Of a DNA stretch of 55,146 nucleotides, positions 26,304-33,485 are shown one piece after another. The notes below the pieces were generated by a model. It saw only the letters and a program-made list of their open reading frames with translations. It made no database searches and was not told the origin of the DNA. Position 1 is the first letter of the stretch, and the number at the start of each line of letters is the position of its first letter. A program made the position numbers and the translations under genes. Source of the stretch: an uncultured Eubacteriales bacterium (GTDB lineage Bacteria > Bacillota > Clostridia > Christensenellales > Pumilibacteraceae); NCBI GenBank assembly GCA_902783025.1, contig CACZPH010000048.1, positions 1-55,146 on the forward strand. Direction: 5' to 3'.

Positions 26304-26359
26304 GGCGGGTGCTTGACCGCGGAGCAAAGCGACGCGCTTGTATTAGTCAAGCACCCGCC
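26304..26359. repeat. 14-bp perfect inverted repeat, GC-rich
   Basis: GGCGGGTGCTTGAC (26304-26317) / GTCAAGCACCCGCC (26346-26359) with a 28-nt spacer. It lies just inside the left island border. Confidence 0.7.
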
Positions 26360-26403
26360 ATAGTGCCATTTGTAAATTTTTTGTTAATATGATAAAGATT
26401 TGC

Positions 26404-26437
26404 TTGCTATTATTCGTGATTTAGAATATAATATTCT
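26404..26437 (+). promoter_or_regulatory. Island operon promoter with an overlapping 15-bp palindrome (candidate operator)
   Basis: TTGCTA (26404-26409), 17-nt spacer, TATAAT (26427-26432). The perfect palindrome AGAATATAATATTCT (26423-26437) covers the -10 box. Confidence 0.55.
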
Positions 26438-26459
26438 TATAAAAATTCGAGGTGATATT

Positions 26460-27527
26460 ATGTTGAGTTTTATGTCCGCGAAAGAAGCCGCTGAAAAATG
26501 GGATATCTCTCAAAGAAGAGTTGCAATACTGTGTTCCGAAAATCGTATTGACGGAGCGATGATGGTCGGAAATATGTGGATCATCCCGTCTACTGCCGAA
26601 AAACCGATTGATAAAAGAACTGTTCGTTATGAAAAGGCAAGAAAGGTTACACTTAAGCCATTTGTAAAATGGGTAGGTGGTAAAAGTCAACTTGTTGAAC
26701 AGATAGAAAAAATGTTACCGTCTGACGGGGAAAAAGTTTTGACTAAATATGCAGAACCCATGATAGGTGGCGGTGCGCTTTTCTTCACTATTCTCTCAAA
26801 ATATGATTTTGAAGAGCTTTATATAAGCGACATAAACCCCGAATTGATAAACGCATATCAAGCTATAAAAAGCGACGTAGATAGTTTAATTGAAAAACTT
26901 AATGAAATGCAAATGACTTTTTTGCCTATGGATGAAAACGGCAGAAAGTATTTCTATTATAGTGTGCGCGAAAAGTTTAATTCCACCGTTTTATCGGCGG
27001 AGACTGCTACCGAAAAAGCCGCACAATTTGTTTTCTTGAATAAAACTTGTTTCAATGGCTTATATCGTGTAAATAGAAAAGGTCAATTTAACGTTCCTAT
27101 GGGTGCATACAAAAACCCGACTATTTGTGATAATGAAAATTTACGCAACATTCACGAAGCGTTGCAAAACGTAACAATAGTTTGCGGTGATTATTCGCTT
27201 TCGAAATCGTTCATAGATAAAGATACTTTCGTATATCTTGATCCCCCTTATCGTCCTATTTCCGAAACATCTGCATTTACTTCATATAATTCGGAATCTT
27301 TTGATGATAACGAGCAGATACGACTTGCACAGTTTATTGATGAAATCAACAAGTTGGGAGCAAAGATTGTTTTAAGCAATTCCGATCCGAAAAATGTAAA
27401 CGAAGAAGATAACTTCTTTGATGATTTATATAAAAACTATAAAATAAATCGTGTTGAAGCAACTCGAGCAATAAACAGCAAAGGCGATAAACGCGGAAAA
27501 ATAAATGAATTGCTTATCTGCAACTAA
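26460..27527 (+). CDS. Dam-like (DpnM-type, GATC) N6-adenine DNA methyltransferase with N-terminal HTH extension
   Basis: KPFVKWVGGKSQL, AEPMIGGGALFF and the catalytic YLDPPY are Dam-type motifs. About 60 extra N-terminal residues (SAKEAAEKWDISQRRVAILCSENRIDGAMMVGNMWIIP) resemble an excisionase/MerR-type HTH. Confidence 0.85.
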   Translation: MLSFMSAKEAAEKWDISQRRVAILCSENRIDGAMMVGNMWIIPSTAEKPIDKRTVRYEKARKVTLKPFVKWVGGKSQLVEQIEKMLPSDGEKVLTKYAEPMIGGGALFFTILSKYDFEELYISDINPELINAYQAIKSDVDSLIEKLNEMQMTFLPMDENGRKYFYYSVREKFNSTVLSAETATEKAAQFVFLNKTCFNGLYRVNRKGQFNVPMGAYKNPTICDNENLRNIHEALQNVTIVCGDYSLSKSFIDKDTFVYLDPPYRPISETSAFTSYNSESFDDNEQIRLAQFIDEINKLGAKIVLSNSDPKNVNEEDNFFDDLYKNYKINRVEATRAINSKGDKRGKINELLICN

Positions 27528-27540
27528 AGGAGTATTTTTT

Positions 27541-28416
27541 ATGAGAGGAAAAACCATAAATTTTTTTCTAATTGACGGAGAGCCTACAAAGAGAATAAAA
27601 TGTACTCTTCAAAATTGGACGGGTATTGTTTATAAAATTCCACGAGCAATGTTAGATAACTGCAAGGACGGAACGAGTGATATTGTTCGCCATCTTAAAC
27701 AGACAGGTATTTATTTCCTGCTCGGAGAAGATTCTGAAAGCGGCGAGAAGATGATCTATATTGGACAAGCCGTTGTTAGAAAAAACGGAGAAGGTTTATT
27801 ATGTCGCATTCAAGAACATAAACGTAACAATAAGGAAAAATATTGGAGTGAATGGAATGAGGTTATAGTTCTCACCACGCAGAATAATTCATTTGGACCA
27901 ACTGAAATTAGTTATTTAGAGAATCAGTTCACGTCACTTGCAAAAGAATCTCATCGATATATAGTAAAAAACGGCAATGAACCTAATCAAGGAAACATTA
28001 CCGAAGAGAAAGAAAGCGAGTTATCTGAGTATATTGATTATGCAAAAATGATAATTGGCGTGCTTGGTCACGTGGTATTCGATCCCATTGTAAAAGATAA
28101 AGAAAAAAGGAACGCCGATGAAAATACTGTTGTTTTTACATATAAAGGAAAATTAAAAGCAAATGGCATTATAACAGATGAGGGTTTTGCCCTTTTAAAA
28201 GGTAGCGAACTCAATCCCACAATTAGTAAAAGTGCCCATTCGTTCACAATAAAAGCTCGTAAATCATATGGCAATTTGATTGATGAAAACTATCGGACAA
28301 CTGAAGACATTTTGTTCTCAAGTCCATCTGCCGCAGCCGGGTTTGTTGGCGGTTGCAGTTTAAGCGGTAATGTTATGTGGGTAACTGCAGACGGGAAAAC
28401 ACCAAAAGATTTTTGA
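27541..28416 (+). CDS. GIY-YIG nuclease-like protein with C-terminal DUF4357-like domain
   Basis: GIY (TGIYFLLG), YIG (MIYIGQA), then R/H (CRIQEHKR) and E (ISYLENQF). C-terminus FSSPSAAAGFVGGCSLSGNVMW. AAAGGAG RBS 8 nt upstream of the ATG. Confidence 0.65.
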   Translation: MRGKTINFFLIDGEPTKRIKCTLQNWTGIVYKIPRAMLDNCKDGTSDIVRHLKQTGIYFLLGEDSESGEKMIYIGQAVVRKNGEGLLCRIQEHKRNNKEKYWSEWNEVIVLTTQNNSFGPTEISYLENQFTSLAKESHRYIVKNGNEPNQGNITEEKESELSEYIDYAKMIIGVLGHVVFDPIVKDKEKRNADENTVVFTYKGKLKANGIITDEGFALLKGSELNPTISKSAHSFTIKARKSYGNLIDENYRTTEDILFSSPSAAAGFVGGCSLSGNVMWVTADGKTPKDF

Positions 28417-28427
28417 GGAGAAAACAG

Positions 28428-29288
28428 ATGAAAAGAGATTTTAACAAATGGCTTGATACATTCAAAAGTAGTATTTGCGACTATAAATTTTACGTTGACT
28501 TTGAAAAAGTTTACGGTAAAGTCGATAATATCAAAGTTGAGTTGAATATTCTTAACTCGCTTATCGGTTCAAAAAATATCGAAAGCGATTTCAAAAATCT
28601 TGTGGCGGAATATCCGAAAGTTTTGAAATGCATTCCTATTTTGCTTGCTGTCCGTAGTCGTGAAATATACGCGATCGACAGCGACGGCGAATATTGGTTT
28701 AATTTTGCAAAACATAATTATTCTACCGACGAATACATAATGTTTATGCGTAAAACGGGTTTATTCTCACTTATTTCGGAACACTTGATAAACAATCTCG
28801 TTGATTATGTTACAGGCGTAGAAGTCGGACTTGATAGCAACGGTCGTAAAAATCGCGGCGGTCATTTAATGGAAGATTTAGTAGAATCGTATCTTGTGCA
28901 AGCGGGGCTTCAAAGAAACATTGATTATTTCAAAGAAATGTATCTTTCCGACGTTGAAAAGCAATGGGGTTTGGACTTGTCGAGCATTTCAAATCAAGGT
29001 AAAGCGAAAAAACGTTTTGATTTTGTGGTTAAAAAAGATAAAACCGTTTACGCCGTCGAAGCAAATTTTTATTCGAGTCAAGGTTCAAAACTCAACGAAA
29101 CCGCAAGAAGTTATAAAACTATTGCGTTGGAAGCAAAAGAAATCGACGGCTTTGCATTCGTTTGGTTTACCGACGGTCAAGGATGGAAGTCCGCTCGCCA
29201 TAATCTTGAAGAAACGTTTGACGTTTTGGATAATATGTACTGCATTACCGATATGGAAAACGGTATAGTAAAGGAACTTTTCAAGTAA
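28428..29288 (+). CDS. DpnII/MboI-family type II restriction endonuclease (GATC)
   Basis: Close to my recollection of DpnII: LNSLIGSKNIE, NNLVDYVTGVEVGLDSNGRKNRGG, KRFDFVV, NFYSSQGSKLNETARSYK and WFTDGQGW. GAGGAG RBS present. Confidence 0.85.
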   Translation: MKRDFNKWLDTFKSSICDYKFYVDFEKVYGKVDNIKVELNILNSLIGSKNIESDFKNLVAEYPKVLKCIPILLAVRSREIYAIDSDGEYWFNFAKHNYSTDEYIMFMRKTGLFSLISEHLINNLVDYVTGVEVGLDSNGRKNRGGHLMEDLVESYLVQAGLQRNIDYFKEMYLSDVEKQWGLDLSSISNQGKAKKRFDFVVKKDKTVYAVEANFYSSQGSKLNETARSYKTIALEAKEIDGFAFVWFTDGQGWKSARHNLEETFDVLDNMYCITDMENGIVKELFK

Positions 29289-29289
29289 T

Positions 29290-30033
29290 ATGGCAAAGAA
29301 AAACATACCGTTACAGCCCGAAAATTTCGAACTCGAAACAAATACAGTTTGGGCGTTCCCCGATCGCGGTAAATGGGCTACACACGACGCTAAATATCGC
29401 GGAAATTGGTCGCCGTATATTCCTAGAAACCTAATTCTGCGTTACTCAAATGAGGGCGACACTGTTTTGGATCAGTTCGTCGGTGGCGGCACTACTGCCG
29501 TTGAGGCAAAACTGACAGGCAGAAATTTTATCGGTGTCGATATTAATCCGAATGCTCTTGAAATTACAAAAAGCAAATTGAATTTCGAGTGTGAATTTAA
29601 CCCGACAATAAAAATTGAGCAAGGCGATGCGCGTAATCTTTCGTCTATTGCGGATAATTCGATAGACCTTATTTGCACGCATCCGCCTTATGCCGATATT
29701 ATTCATTACAGCGAAGATATTGACGGCGATATGTCGCTTATGTCGATGAAAGATTTTTTATTCGAAATCGGCAAAGTCGCAGAAGAATGTTATCGGGTAT
29801 TAAAAAAAGATAAGTTTTGCGCTATACTTATGGGAGATACCCGCAAAAAGGGTATGGTTCAACCACTTGCTTTTGAAACGATGCGTATTTTTGAAATGGC
29901 AGGGTTCAAGACGAAAGAGATTATAATCAAAGAACAACACAATTGCAAAGCAACTGGCTATTGGAAAACAAACAGTATAAAGTTTAATTTTCTTTTACTC
30001 GCCCACGAGTATTTGTTTGTGTTTAAAAAATAA
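29290..30033 (+). CDS. Second DNA methyltransferase (N6/N4 MTase-like)
   Basis: SAM motif VLDQFVGGGTTAVEA lies upstream of the catalytic-type motif ICTHPPYADII. The start is 1 nt after the endonuclease stop. Confidence 0.7.
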   Translation: MAKKNIPLQPENFELETNTVWAFPDRGKWATHDAKYRGNWSPYIPRNLILRYSNEGDTVLDQFVGGGTTAVEAKLTGRNFIGVDINPNALEITKSKLNFECEFNPTIKIEQGDARNLSSIADNSIDLICTHPPYADIIHYSEDIDGDMSLMSMKDFLFEIGKVAEECYRVLKKDKFCAILMGDTRKKGMVQPLAFETMRIFEMAGFKTKEIIIKEQHNCKATGYWKTNSIKFNFLLLAHEYLFVFKK

Positions 30034-30045
30034 TTAATAAAGTAT

Positions 30046-30873
30046 ATGAACAATACAACTATTATTTTTTCAGATGAAGCAGGACAGTATTACAAAAAAC
30101 CAAATGACAAACAAATTATATCTGATCCATTTTATGTTCGTTCGGCGGTATATTTAACGACAGAAGAGTATATAGCCTTTCAAAAAGATATTATAACATT
30201 GAAGAAAAAATATAATCTGCCAATTAATGAGGAGATTAAATGGTCAGATATTTACGAGTTGCAAAAGAAACGCTATAGAGCCGATTTCTTAAAAGACTAT
30301 AATATAGATAAATTAAAACAATATATTACTGATTATATATCTATTGCCCACTTGAAACAATCTATAAAATATGTTTTTACAATTTCAGGTAATCGTTATC
30401 AAAACACGGCAGATAAAGAATATATTGTTTTTGCTCATTTGCAAAATATTTATCAGCGAGCACAATTTGACGCAACCGATGAGTCGAACGATTTTTATAT
30501 GGTTATTATTGATGATATGAATGAAACGGCATTAAATAATTTACGCCAAAGATGTTGTGACTTATTACATAATGGAGATAGATTTGTTGATTATTCTAAT
30601 TTAAACCAAAGCCTTTTAGTGGAAAAAAGTGAGCAAAGTGCTGGTATTCAAATAGCCGATTATGCAGCAGGGATTTTTAACTCTGTCGCAAAAAAATATA
30701 TACTTGAAAAAAATTCGTACGATTATGCCAATAGATTGTATTCAATGTATATAGCACCTAAAATAAGAAGAAAAAATAAAAAAATTTTGGGATATGGAAT
30801 AATGAAAATAACAAAAAATATGATAATACCTAACCTGAATGCACTAATCGAAGCAACGGAATCCTATTTATAG
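30046..30873 (+). CDS. DUF3800-like protein
   Basis: N-terminal IIFSDEAGQ (DE-x-G motif) and C-terminal GIQIADYAAG match the DUF3800 pattern as I recall it. This is the last gene of the island operon. Confidence 0.55.
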   Translation: MNNTTIIFSDEAGQYYKKPNDKQIISDPFYVRSAVYLTTEEYIAFQKDIITLKKKYNLPINEEIKWSDIYELQKKRYRADFLKDYNIDKLKQYITDYISIAHLKQSIKYVFTISGNRYQNTADKEYIVFAHLQNIYQRAQFDATDESNDFYMVIIDDMNETALNNLRQRCCDLLHNGDRFVDYSNLNQSLLVEKSEQSAGIQIADYAAGIFNSVAKKYILEKNSYDYANRLYSMYIAPKIRRKNKKILGYGIMKITKNMIIPNLNALIEATESYL

Positions 30874-30901
30874 AAAAATAATTCGATTTGCGTTACTATC
30901 G

Positions 30902-30951
30902 CTCCGCCACGAAAAGGGCAATCGCTTGATTGCCCTTTTTCCGTGGGGAGA
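30902..30951 (+). repeat. Right copy of the 50-bp perfect direct repeat (att-like)
   Basis: Base-for-base identical to 26211-26260. It includes a second copy of the terminator hairpin (30912-30940). Confidence 0.9.
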
Positions 30952-31025
30952 GAGGCTCGATTCTCACCGAACGCTTGCGCGTTCTGTTCCTCGCGCTTCG
31001 GGCATAGCCCTCGCGGGCTTTAGCT

Positions 31026-31051
31026 AAAAACAGTCCACCGGACTGTTTTTT
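31026..31051 (+). terminator. Hairpin terminator
   Basis: AAAAACAGTCC / short loop / GGACTGTTTTT. Confidence 0.6.
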
Positions 31052-31061
31052 ACGCATCGCC

Positions 31062-31077
31062 CTCGCTTTCCCCGCCA
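31062..31077 (+). repeat. Third, degenerate copy of the tRNA-Ser 3' end
   Basis: CTCGCTTTCCCCGCCA versus tRNA 26203-26218 CTCGCTTTCTCCGCCA (15/16). A hairpin terminator follows within 6 nt, as in the tRNA gene itself. Confidence 0.5.
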
Positions 31078-31082
31078 AGAGC

Positions 31083-31120
31083 AACCTAAATCGAACCCGT
31101 AAAGTTCGGTTTAGGTTTTT
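31083..31120 (+). terminator. Strong hairpin terminator
   Basis: 14-bp stem AACCTAAATCGAAC / GTTCGGTTTAGGTT (one G-U pair) followed by a T-run. Confidence 0.65.
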
Positions 31121-31297
31121 CTTTTGCAAAAATCCCGTGTTTTCCTACGTTTTTCGGCTGTCTTTCTTGTCCGGCGGCGTTCAAAAGGTGTTCGTACAGC
31201 AGTGTTCGTGGATCATTATAAAAGTCAGAGTGCGCTTTAAGTCAAGCGAAAAAACAAAAAAAATCCGCCGCCCGGCAACGGAGCGACGGGTTTTTGT

Positions 31298-31942
31298 TTA
31301 GTTTTCGGTGCCGAAGAGGTATTTTTCAAAGAGTTCTTTGGTTTTTTCTTTTCCTATCGCTTTGACGAACGCGTCGGTGGACGGACCGCCTTTTTCGAGC
31401 AGGCCGTTTACGTAGTAGCGCGCCTTTTCTCTTTTTCTTTGCTCGTCGGCTTGCGGAGCGGGCGAGGCAAGATACGTTTCGAAATGCTTAAGCGCGAGCG
31501 CGTCGACAGAGGCGGAGTTTTTCTTCTTGCCTTTTTTGCTTATCGACGACTTTAGTTTTATTTCGTCGTACCAATGTTTGCCCGGATCGCGTTCGGGAAG
31601 AGAAGCGAACTTTGCTTTTACTTCGTTTAGCTTACTCTCGTCAAAGGGCGTAAGGAGCGTGTCGTAAAGCTCGGCTATCAGCACGTCGTTGCCCATCGCC
31701 CTGATCCGGTCGTAAGAGTAAAGCGGCAGGTCTACGAGAAACGGGTCGACTATTACCGAATCCATTTTCATAAGTCCGAGCATGCCTTTTGCGCGTATTT
31801 CGGAAACTATTCCGAGTCCTTCGGCGCGGAAAGCGCGGATATGGAATTTCATGCCGTTCGCTTTGACTTCGGCAAACTCGCCCACGTCCGTTTCGGTCAG
31901 CGGATACTTGTCCGCTATGAGTTTCAGTAGTTGTTCCGTCAT
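31298..31942 (-). CDS. Hypothetical protein (214 aa), last gene of the operon
   Basis: Overlaps the upstream gene by ATGA. Soluble, with a lysine-rich central linker. No family was recognised. Confidence 0.6.
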   Translation of the reverse strand: MTEQLLKLIADKYPLTETDVGEFAEVKANGMKFHIRAFRAEGLGIVSEIRAKGMLGLMKMDSVIVDPFLVDLPLYSYDRIRAMGNDVLIAELYDTLLTPFDESKLNEVKAKFASLPERDPGKHWYDEIKLKSSISKKGKKKNSASVDALALKHFETYLASPAPQADEQRKREKARYYVNGLLEKGGPSTDAFVKAIGKEKTKELFEKYLFGTEN

Positions 31943-32598
31943 GCGTTATCTCCTTCGCTTACGGCGGTATCGTCGTTTTTATGCGTAAGCTTAAGGCCGG
32001 TAAGGCCGTATTTGTGAAGCAGCAACGTGCCCGCAAGGAAAGCGCCCAGCCCTACGACGTTTACGCCCTCGGCTATCCAGTTCATAGCCGCCTCGGCGAA
32101 GTCTTTGGACGCAAGGTATCCCATGCCCAGAAAGCATACGAACGACACGACGAAAAACGCGCTGAGCCAGGGCTTTTTGAGCTTTGCGCTGAGCAAGCAT
32201 AGCACCGCGGCGAGAAGCCCCAGGCCGCCGACCATGAGCGCCACGAATATGAACGTTCCGCTAAACAGCGGCGGAGCGGCGGCAAGCGCGGCTTTTTCGC
32301 TTTGCTTATGGATCACCATTGCCAAAACGCCTATTCCCGCGAGCAGGAATCCTATGGATTGGACGGGGAAAAACATTTTGGAAAGAGGCTCGAAATCGCA
32401 TACGTTAAGCGCGTAGAGCAGCTTGTACAGCGCCTTGAGCGCGCCCGCGCAAGTCACGTCGATAGTGCCGGCGGCGAACAGAGCGAAGGCGCCTTTGCTC
32501 ATTTTGTTGTACAGGTCGCGCATAAGGAAAACCGACGCGACCGCGAACAGCGCCACGGGAACAAAGTCCACGAGCGCCATAGGCAGAGAAAAATCCAT
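31939..32598 (-). CDS. Integral membrane protein (about 6 TM)
   Basis: Hydrophobic helices throughout. GGAG RBS present. Lies 3 nt downstream of the DUF1295 gene. Confidence 0.65.
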   Translation of the reverse strand: MDFSLPMALVDFVPVALFAVASVFLMRDLYNKMSKGAFALFAAGTIDVTCAGALKALYKLLYALNVCDFEPLSKMFFPVQSIGFLLAGIGVLAMVIHKQSEKAALAAAPPLFSGTFIFVALMVGGLGLLAAVLCLLSAKLKKPWLSAFFVVSFVCFLGMGYLASKDFAEAAMNWIAEGVNVVGLGAFLAGTLLLHKYGLTGLKLTHKNDDTAVSEGDNA

Positions 32599-32601
32599 AC
32601 G

Positions 32602-33483
32602 TTATTCTCCTTTTTTCTCTTGTTTTTCTTCCGTGCTTGCCGCTTCTTCCGTCTTTTCGGCGGGCTTTTCGGCAGGCTTTTTAGCAAGGTGGTAGAGGGG
32701 AACGAGCGGGATTATGATGGGCGTTTTGGAAGTGTAAGCGTTGTATTCCTCGTTGTCGCCGTAGCGCGTCATCTGACGTTTTTCGAGGCGTTGAGCGCCG
32801 TTGAACATGATATACACGATAGCGATATACGCCAGTGAGGCCACTATCCATTGACCGACGTTCGCGTAAGCGGTAACGCCCGAAACGAACACGCCCGTCC
32901 AGAAAATTATCTCGCCGAGATAGTTGGGGCATCTTACCATTTTATAAAGGCCTTTCGTAGCGACCATATCCGGACGTTCTTTCTTCTGTTTGGACTTCTG
33001 ATGATCGGCAATCGACTCGAGAACAAGTCCGAGTACGGAAATGCCGACGCCCACGAGCGGAACTATAAAGTCCTCGGCGTTGTCGGTATAGCGGAACAGC
33101 ATCGGGCTGACCTGCGCCACGTAAAGCACGGAAACGAAGATCCAGATAAACGCGAGTACGAAAACAGGCATTTTCTTTTCTTTGTTTTTGGCGAGAGTCG
33201 CTTTTGCGACGTCGGTTTTCTTAAAGGCTGCGTTTTTGAGTTCGCGCACCAGCAAAAATCCCGAAAGGCGCGCGCCGTACAGCACGAAAAGCGCCGCTTG
33301 GATTATCACCAGCCACAGCGGAGTGGCCGAGGGGGAGATAAGGTACATTACGAGTATCGCGATACCGCCGCCCGCCACGGCAAACCCGTAACCGAGCGAA
33401 AGGAAATACACGAATTTGTAAAATCCCACCGCGCACAAAACGGCGCATACGGCGAGAAGTATACCGAGAAGAGCCCAGGGCAT
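32602..33483 (-). CDS. DUF1295 / steroid-5-alpha-reductase-like membrane protein
   Basis: ESIADHQKSKQKK...GLYKMVRCPNYLGEIIFWTG is the family-typical C-terminal motif. Multi-TM protein. Confidence 0.7.
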   Translation of the reverse strand: MPWALLGILLAVCAVLCAVGFYKFVYFLSLGYGFAVAGGGIAILVMYLISPSATPLWLVIIQAALFVLYGARLSGFLLVRELKNAAFKKTDVAKATLAKNKEKKMPVFVLAFIWIFVSVLYVAQVSPMLFRYTDNAEDFIVPLVGVGISVLGLVLESIADHQKSKQKKERPDMVATKGLYKMVRCPNYLGEIIFWTGVFVSGVTAYANVGQWIVASLAYIAIVYIMFNGAQRLEKRQMTRYGDNEEYNAYTSKTPIIIPLVPLYHLAKKPAEKPAEKTEEAASTEEKQEKKGE

Positions 33484-33485
33484 GA

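Larger units (their letters stand above)
26211..30951 (+). mobile_element. tRNA-Ser-associated AT-rich genomic island (R-M/defence cargo, no recombinase)
   Basis: Bounded by the 50-bp direct repeats 4,691 bp apart. There is a marked drop in GC between about 26360 and 30900. It holds five co-oriented cargo genes. Confidence 0.75.

Noticed and set aside
26261-30901. Integrase, excisionase or transposase within the tRNA-Ser island
   Set aside because: I looked for one on both strands. All sizeable ORFs are assigned (two MTases, a REase, GIY-YIG/DUF4357 and DUF3800). The minus-strand ORFs (26421-26690, 28068-28274, 29085-29306, 29446-29706) are short antisense artefacts. The HTH on the methylase is excisionase-like in fold only.
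30896-31129. 77-aa minus-strand ORF right of the island
   Set aside because: It spans the direct repeat and three terminator hairpins. Its product is Arg/Lys-rich, and it has no RBS.
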